From positions 14,074,001 to 14,138,000 of the forward strand of contig CM022667.1 in NCBI GenBank assembly GCA_012295275.1: a DNA stretch of 64,000 bases. The letters run 5' to 3'. Origin of the DNA: Chrysomallon squamiferum (lineage: Eukaryota; Animalia; Mollusca). Numbering within the stretch: the stretch's first letter is position 1; each line of letters opens with the position of its first letter. A model generated the notes under the pieces. It saw only the letters and a program-made list of their open reading frames with translations, was not told the DNA's origin and did no database searches. Shown here one piece after another: positions 1 through 64,000 of the stretch. The translations under genes and the position numbers were made by a program.

Positions 1-2411
1 CATTACCACCACTAATCATAAGCGACCTCCTTCTTAATTCGCTACACATCCTTCTGGCCAAGGTTCTAAGAGAACTAACTCTAAGTAAGCACAAGACTAT
101 TGTTGATCCTCTACGTCACGGATTAACACGGGTGGGGTAGTTGGTGTGCTGGGGGGGTGCACCAGTCCGGAAAATACAGAAGTCTGAAACATTAACCTAA
201 AATTTTACGAAACATTAAACTGTGACACTACACATAACAGCTATTTAATACAGTAACATGATAATTCTGAGAGCCATTATACAGGCATTAAAAACAATGT
301 AAACATGTCATACAGTACATGTAAACAAAAATGTAGGCTAGGCTGGGTGACGTTTGTTAGGCTAGGATACTAATGGGGGCGCAACTGTACAATTTACTCT
401 TACCTTCGTGGAAAGGGTTGACGTGACTGTAACGTTCTAAATGGGGAAATGGCGGTAAGTTCAGATTTTGTGATTTTTCAGTAAATCGAGAGCTCCATGA
501 AAAGGAGGGTCTGCAGTATTTTAACCAAAAAAAAAAAAAAAAAAAAAAAAATGGCTAACTTCGGTTTTTAAAAACATGTTTTGTACAAGAAAATGTTTGA
601 TATATATATATATTTTTTTTTTTAAATTGACCGATATGGTTCACTGGTGAAGTAAACAAAACTATCTTTCCTATCTTCCAGTGTGGAGGTCCCTGAAATT
701 ACGACGCGGTCATGACACATATTAGTTGTGATGATGCGTGATAATAGTCCCGTACAAAGCTGTTATCTCAGAAAAGATTAAGACAACGGTATTTGAAGGG
801 GTTAAAACAAAAAAATGCAGAGTTTAATTTTAGTGAAGAAGAAGAGTAAGCAATTCAAAACATCGCAAATGAATGAATGAATAAATAAATAAATAAAGAA
901 AGAATAAAATGATGCAGAGAAAAAAATTAAATGTAATAATTCCTTGACGATGAAGGTGGAGTATGATTTATGCTTTGGGTTTTAATTGTTATTTCTGTTA
1001 TGTTGAATTACAGAAAATACATGAAGCTAAGGAAAATCAAATTAAAATAAATAAAGAACAAAACCAACAAATAATAAAAATAAATAAATAAATACATGAA
1101 AAAAACAAAAACAACAACAACAACAACAACAAAAAAAACGATAGCAGCAACAATAACGGCTTAACATAAATAAAGTTAGTTTGTACCAAACAGAATGATT
1201 TATAGAACTATGTCTATCTGACTATATATATATACACACCCACCCACAAACACAACATATGGCATATGTTTTTGTTTTTTTTCGGCTCTAATTATATACT
1301 GTCTACATATTCTACATTCACAGTGGACTCATGAGACCGAGCAGCTCTCTCACTCTTCTTGTACTTATGTCTGTGTGTCTGTCAGTCTACATAGTGAAAG
1401 CCTGATACTTTAATGGCTGCATTTTTTTTTTTTCGTTGGACTCAGTTCCGACTAATAGAAAGTTGTTGAACTAACAAACTCAACGTTCTATTTGGAACCT
1501 CTGTTATTTCCACAATACTATCGTTAACCAAGGACAAAGCATCATTATGTGCATCTTTCTTTAGGAATGCAGTGACTGGATCATAGTGACTTCAAAACAA
1601 ATAATAATAAAGTTTTGAAAAGGTAATTACATTCGACCCTCCATTTACGGACACCCATTTGCAGGATTTCCGAGAATACGGAAAAATAATGGAAATCTCC
1701 TTTGACTCGAATAAATTATTTCGATTCCCATTGTACGATCTAGACAAAAGAAGCACATTCTTCTGTCCAGTAGGTAGGGTAAATAAAAACTTTGAATCAA
1801 AAATAAATTTATTTCTGTACATTATTCTACTTTGTGAATTTAAAACAGATTAAAGTCTGTACATTATTAATATTAACATTGTGTGATAGCAACCCACGAA
1901 AATCCGGATTTATTTTTTATTTTTTCCGGACAAGCTTCGCTCTTTTTTTTTCAGTCGATAAACTAAGGGACCACTTTATATAAAAGTTATGGTTTAGTTG
2001 TCTCATTTGGTTAACAAGAACAATAACAACGATGAATAAATACATTTAAAAAAAAAATAATAAAAAAATAAAATAAAATAAAATAAAATAAAATAAAATA
2101 AAAGACGTTTCTTTGATAGTTTATTACAACCTTTGAACGTATTTGTTTTTCCTGCAAGTTAGAAATGTACGTTGACCTATTGCACTGCAGGGAGAATTGT
2201 TATATGTTTATGTTTTATAAATGCACTTAACAGCGGTTATTAGCAGTTGTAAGGACAGAATGATCCAGTCATATTGGAGGAAAATACGAACGCGAATATA
2301 TTTTGTAACAGCAAAGACGTTCCTAATGACGCCATTAAAGCCGGGTTGTTCAACCATTTTTAAAATGGAATTTAATTTATCTAAGAAACGAAAAAAAAAA
2401 AAAAAAAAAAA

Positions 2412-2442
<31 letters not shown>

Positions 2443-2559
2443 TTAATGTGTTATTTTTTTTAAACCCTCAGTTTAACGGACTAAAAGTTGCTGAGGCATC
2501 GTGTCAGTTGATATACAAAGGTCCGTTAAATAGGTTTTTAAAAATGATAATGTTTTTGA

Positions 2560-2604
<45 letters not shown>

Positions 2605-4545
2605 CATAATAATAATATTTTAATATTACAAATATTAATGAAATTCATACATTTTAATTCTATAATATGAAATACTTATTTTAAAAAGTTGACAATTACG
2701 ATTATATAGACAAAATATCTACATCGGATTATGTATGCTAACAGACTAAGGATCGATCAAACCCAAACCTAACGCAAAGTTGTCATTTAATTTAAATAAT
2801 ACACTTATCTGCTTGTCATTTTTTTTTTTTTTTTTTTTTGGTTATGTTTATCAGTTGAATTATTCTACACGAGTTGAACTCCAGTATTTTCTGCGGAGGG
2901 GGGATATAATACATAAAAAAAAATATATATATACAAAATATGTGGACGGGTCATTTGTATAGAAGGTGTGTGTGTGTGTTTGTGTGTGCGTATGTGTGTG
3001 TATGTGTGTGTGTATGTGTATGTGTTTGTGTCTGTGTGTGATATGTCCATATATGAATATATGTTTGTGTTTTTGTGTATGAAAATATGTGTTTGTGTGT
3101 ATTTATGCATGTATTCATCTTGTGTGTGTGTTTGTATGTGCGCGCGTGAGTGTAGATGTGCTGTACACATTTATATTGTTTTATGCATATATAAATCGTT
3201 ATTATATAAATAATTTATCACTAGGGGATGAGGGCTCGGGAATGTAACATTTCACTCCCACCCCCCCCAAAACAAAAGAGAGAAGGAAAAAGAAGAAAAT
3301 AATAAAATGATTTTAAAAAGTATAACAGTACATCGTAAATAAATGCGAGACACAAACGACACAATAACAAAAATATATCTTTCTGTTGTTATTCTGGGTT
3401 GAAACAGGTCTAAACAGGTCGCGAGTAACGTACCCGTAAGATCAAGGTGAAAAACATAATTTCGCCACACTGTTTGCCTGACTGCACGTTATTTATGTCC
3501 GTAACATGAGACAATTAAAACGAATTCAGTATTTACGGTAATTCTGTACTAAGGGATATGAATGGCAAAGAAAAATATACTGGTTGGGGTTCATTGTTCG
3601 TAACAGTTTACAGTTTATTGTCAGTTGACAAAAGTTTATTGTTTGCAATACTAACAGCTCAGCTAAGTTTCAGTGACTGAATTCTACTTAGGATTTTGTT
3701 TTCTTTTCATTTATTTATTTATCTTTTTTATTTATTTCAGTTAATTTTCAAAAAAAATTGTATTATTATATTTTTAAATTTATTTATTTATTCGTTTATT
3801 TATTTATTTTATTCATGAAGATGTAATTTTGTGTTTTGGCATAACTATCTAAATTAACCCTTCCCCCCGGCGGTCGCAAACGGCACGTACAGGAACTTAC
3901 AAAAAAGATATTAATGTTGTAACTCTAGTTACAAATGGATGAAAGACACAAAATAATGTGCATGAGGGGTAAATGGGCCTTGTCAAAAAAACTCTAAAGC
4001 GACTTATTTTGATAATATACACGATCTGGCACTATATCGATGCGATAAAAATATATTTTGCATTTTAAATCTGAAAAATTTATTTTCTTATTTAAAATTT
4101 CGTGTAAAACGTATTTCACAGTATTGTTTAACTGTAATTTCCCTTCAGAGGCAACTTTTCGATGTTTTGCATTTGCAAACCACATGTAGTGACATAGGTT
4201 TTTAAAGCACATTTGTTCCAAAGGGTGAGATAACCTGCTTATATTTAAATTGGTACTGATTCTTGCAGTTTAAAATAAATTTAGCAGTTTCAAGGTTTGT
4301 ACTTTTTATTTATTTTTATTATTAGATTTTTTATTTTGCGAGGAGTTGTATATAAGTAGTTGGGCTTGCCTTGGTCTAAAACATTTAACAGTCTAGCACC
4401 AGCCCTGTCAGTATTCCTAAATTAATTTAGGCTACCTTTCTACCTATAATGTGAAGGTAAAATAATAATAATAAATTATATTTAATTCGGTTTTTTTCCA
4501 CTATTTACGGTTAGTAAAATAACGTTATATATCCAATAACGATGA

Positions 4546-4606
<61 letters not shown>

Positions 4607-6126
4607 TAATTAATTAGTTCTACTCACCGAAAGTTCCAGTAGTTGAATGATGAAAATGATTAATAAGCAATTACAAAAGTTTAAAAAAGTAGACAGTCAT
4701 ATATATATATATATATATTTTTTTTTTTCTATTTCCTCAACATCCCAGCTGTGTTCATAAGTTAATGCGTTCGAACATAAATGTTTTCAAAACAAGTTGC
4801 GTCACCGGTATCTCGCTATCGGTTTGATGGGTCAAAGTCCATACAAGTCTCTGTCGTACAGAATTTCTGAACATGTAAATATATTGGCCGCCTGTTTATA
4901 CAATAGCCCTGCCGAGTTAAAAATAGAGATAACAAAAATAAAAATAAAAACATAAAAAAAAGATCCTGTAAGTCTATCTGCACAAGTAGGTGTAAATTCA
5001 AGAACAGCAATTTAGCACTATGCCTTCCAATAATAGACAACTCTCGAAAATACATAGCATGTGATTAACTTACTGTTGTGCGGTTGATCTGTAGGTCATT
5101 TGGTTTTTGTTGTAAGTTTTGGTTGTTGTTGCTGTTCTTTCTATTCGCTGTGGTATACTTGTAACAACATGTGGTTTTACCCCGTTCTATGAAGTCGTAC
5201 AAGCCATAATGAACAAGGAAATTAAATCCCAGTAAATGAAATGATATAGTATTCGTTTAACAACACGGATCTGCGAAAGCACGAGTGAAATCCTGTTCAG
5301 TGTGCGGCTTTTAAAACCATTTTATCGATTAAAAACGAAGAGCACGATTAAAGAAATAAAAATGATTATAACATTTATTTATCTTCATCTTCTAGGAGTG
5401 ATGCTCTGACACAAAAGGTGATTTTTGTGTTGTCTTAGGGATGAACATGACGTGGAATTTCGAGAAATCTCGTACGTAAAAGCTGCAATTTTTTTTTATT
5501 AAATTAACGTTGATAGACGTATTATCGTGCAACTTCTGTAGTTGTGGGATAGACTTACCTGCTGTCAGCGATGGAGAAAACATAGTGTTATACGGGTAAA
5601 AGGTTAGGAATGAAATTTAATTAATAAAATAATGATGATGACAATAATCAATGACATTAATTTAGATAAACATTTATAAACAAAATTAGTAGTTTTTAAT
5701 TTTGTTTGCGAAATCTGACATGTTAGTTAGCTGGAATAAATTACGTTTGTGATAAATAATAAAATACCTGCAGTTTTATTTCAAAAAGGGGAAAATATAC
5801 ACACATTGTTTTTATTTTTATATGTTTTTTTATATTTACTTTTGTTATTGTTGTTGTCTCTATCACAGTGACACCAATGGTTTTAATACAGAAAACAATT
5901 TTTTAGTCTATGAAAACCAATATAAAATATTAAAAAAATTACAGTGACTTACTTATGTTAATACTTTTGCTGAATATTTGTGATTATTATCCTGGTTTCG
6001 TTAATTACCCTGTACTTAATTAGCCTACCCAGTTAACTCTAGCAGCTTTTAACCTGGCAAGATCTGGCAATATCCAGGAGTTTTGTAGAATAGTAAAATG
6101 TCAGGGGCAATGAATTATTATATTTG

Positions 6127-6231
<105 letters not shown>

Positions 6232-7055
6232 TAAAATGCATATTTAATTTCATTTTTTTTATTTACTTAATATTTTTTTTTTTTTTAATGCTTTTTTCTT
6301 TCTTGCTTGATAGGTATGTTCCCAAAACAGGCAGTCTCCAGATTAGGTAAGCGGTGAGGTGTTGTAATCCGCTTCCAGAAATGGGAAAACTGGCGTCAGC
6401 AATTAAGGCCAAATTAGATGCATGGGGATAACGAGATGTGTGAAGAACAGAGAGGGTGATTAACAAGGTTAACTTTAATGAGCAGTGAAAAGCAGAGATC
6501 AGCTGGAATAGCGATTGCAAGAAAAGTAATGTTTGGAGACATGAAATTAATGTTATATCTCAGTAAAATTTGGAGACAGGAAATACTACCAGAAGACAAG
6601 CACTAGCTCTTCCAGCTGGGACTGCAGTATGTCACGTGTACCCAGGACATGGCTTCCTACTTGTCAGCTTGGGGTGGAGTGTTTTCTGGAACATTTCTTG
6701 TGTAAAGTGTGACTGATTGTCCTACAAATTGTGGACAAAATACTTTTTAACAAGTGTACATCAATTAAGGTGATGGAACACCAATTAGTAAGGGTGAGCA
6801 ATAAACTGCCAGAAATGGAACAACTGGTGAGTCCAGTTAAGATGTGTTATAATCTCACTGCCAGATTCAGGAATGTCAGAATCGGGAATAAACTGTTTGA
6901 TATACCTTTATAACTATTTTTGTTCTCAACAGTCACTAAAATTCATTCATTCGTTTGTAACATTATAAACAAATCAGTAACAATGGTTGTATTATATATT
7001 ACAAATGTTTTATGTACAAACAAATTATAATTGAGAAAGAAATGAGAAAGACAGC

Positions 7056-7061
7056 TTTATT
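7056..7061 (-). terminator. Polyadenylation signal AATAAA
   Basis: AATAAA about 20 nt after the stop, followed by a T-rich tract on the minus strand. Confidence 0.6.
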
Positions 7062-7080
7062 AAAATATTCCTGACGGGTT

Positions 7081-63888
<56,808 letters not shown>

Positions 63889-63951
63889 CTGAAATAAATG
63901 AAATATTTATGTAAATAAAACAACTATTACCTCAGAGAGAGCGAGAGAGAG

Positions 63952-64000
<49 letters not shown>

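Noticed and set aside
795-3870. piggyBac-like TTAA-CCC ends at about 795-805 and 3854-3864
   Set aside because: Short, face outward, no matching partner or transposase.
5270-5300. gcgaaagcacgagtgaaat motif reminiscent of non-autonomous DNA element remnants
   Set aside because: Recollection only; no termini, target-site duplication or ORF to support a call.
1-6100. Short ORFs in the first 6 kb
   Set aside because: AT-rich, no domain motifs, no consistent exon chain; treated as intergenic.

Overview
AT-rich, microsatellite-dense eukaryotic (animal) genomic DNA; a mollusc or other lophotrochozoan is my inference from protein architecture and intron style. Positions 7081-63888 hold the 3' part of one giant minus-strand gene whose 5' end lies beyond the window. 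I reconstructed 74 coding exons by hand from splice sites and phase continuity, about 12.7 kb of CDS or about 4,200 aa. They encode 31 ten-cysteine VWC-like modules, each split over a phase 1-2 exon and a phase 2-1 exon that also carries a Pro/Thr/Gly linker. They also encode 6 ShKT domains, a roughly 500-aa exon of hierarchical Pro-rich repeats, an unnamed roughly 190-aa globular domain and three micro-exons. The CDS ends in TAA at 7081-7083 with AATAAA about 20 nt later. Five single-base homopolymer frameshifts and one garbled exon suggest long-read consensus errors rather than true loss of function. The most unusual non-coding signal is a recurring set of intronic tandem repeats, each a different sequence, that start at exon boundaries and copy the splice site itself (up to 14 near-identical acceptors), giving arrays of decoy donors and acceptors. 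Positions 1-7000 are intergenic with only weak repeat-remnant signals. Nearly all ORFs in the supplied track are microsatellite artefacts or antisense shadows.
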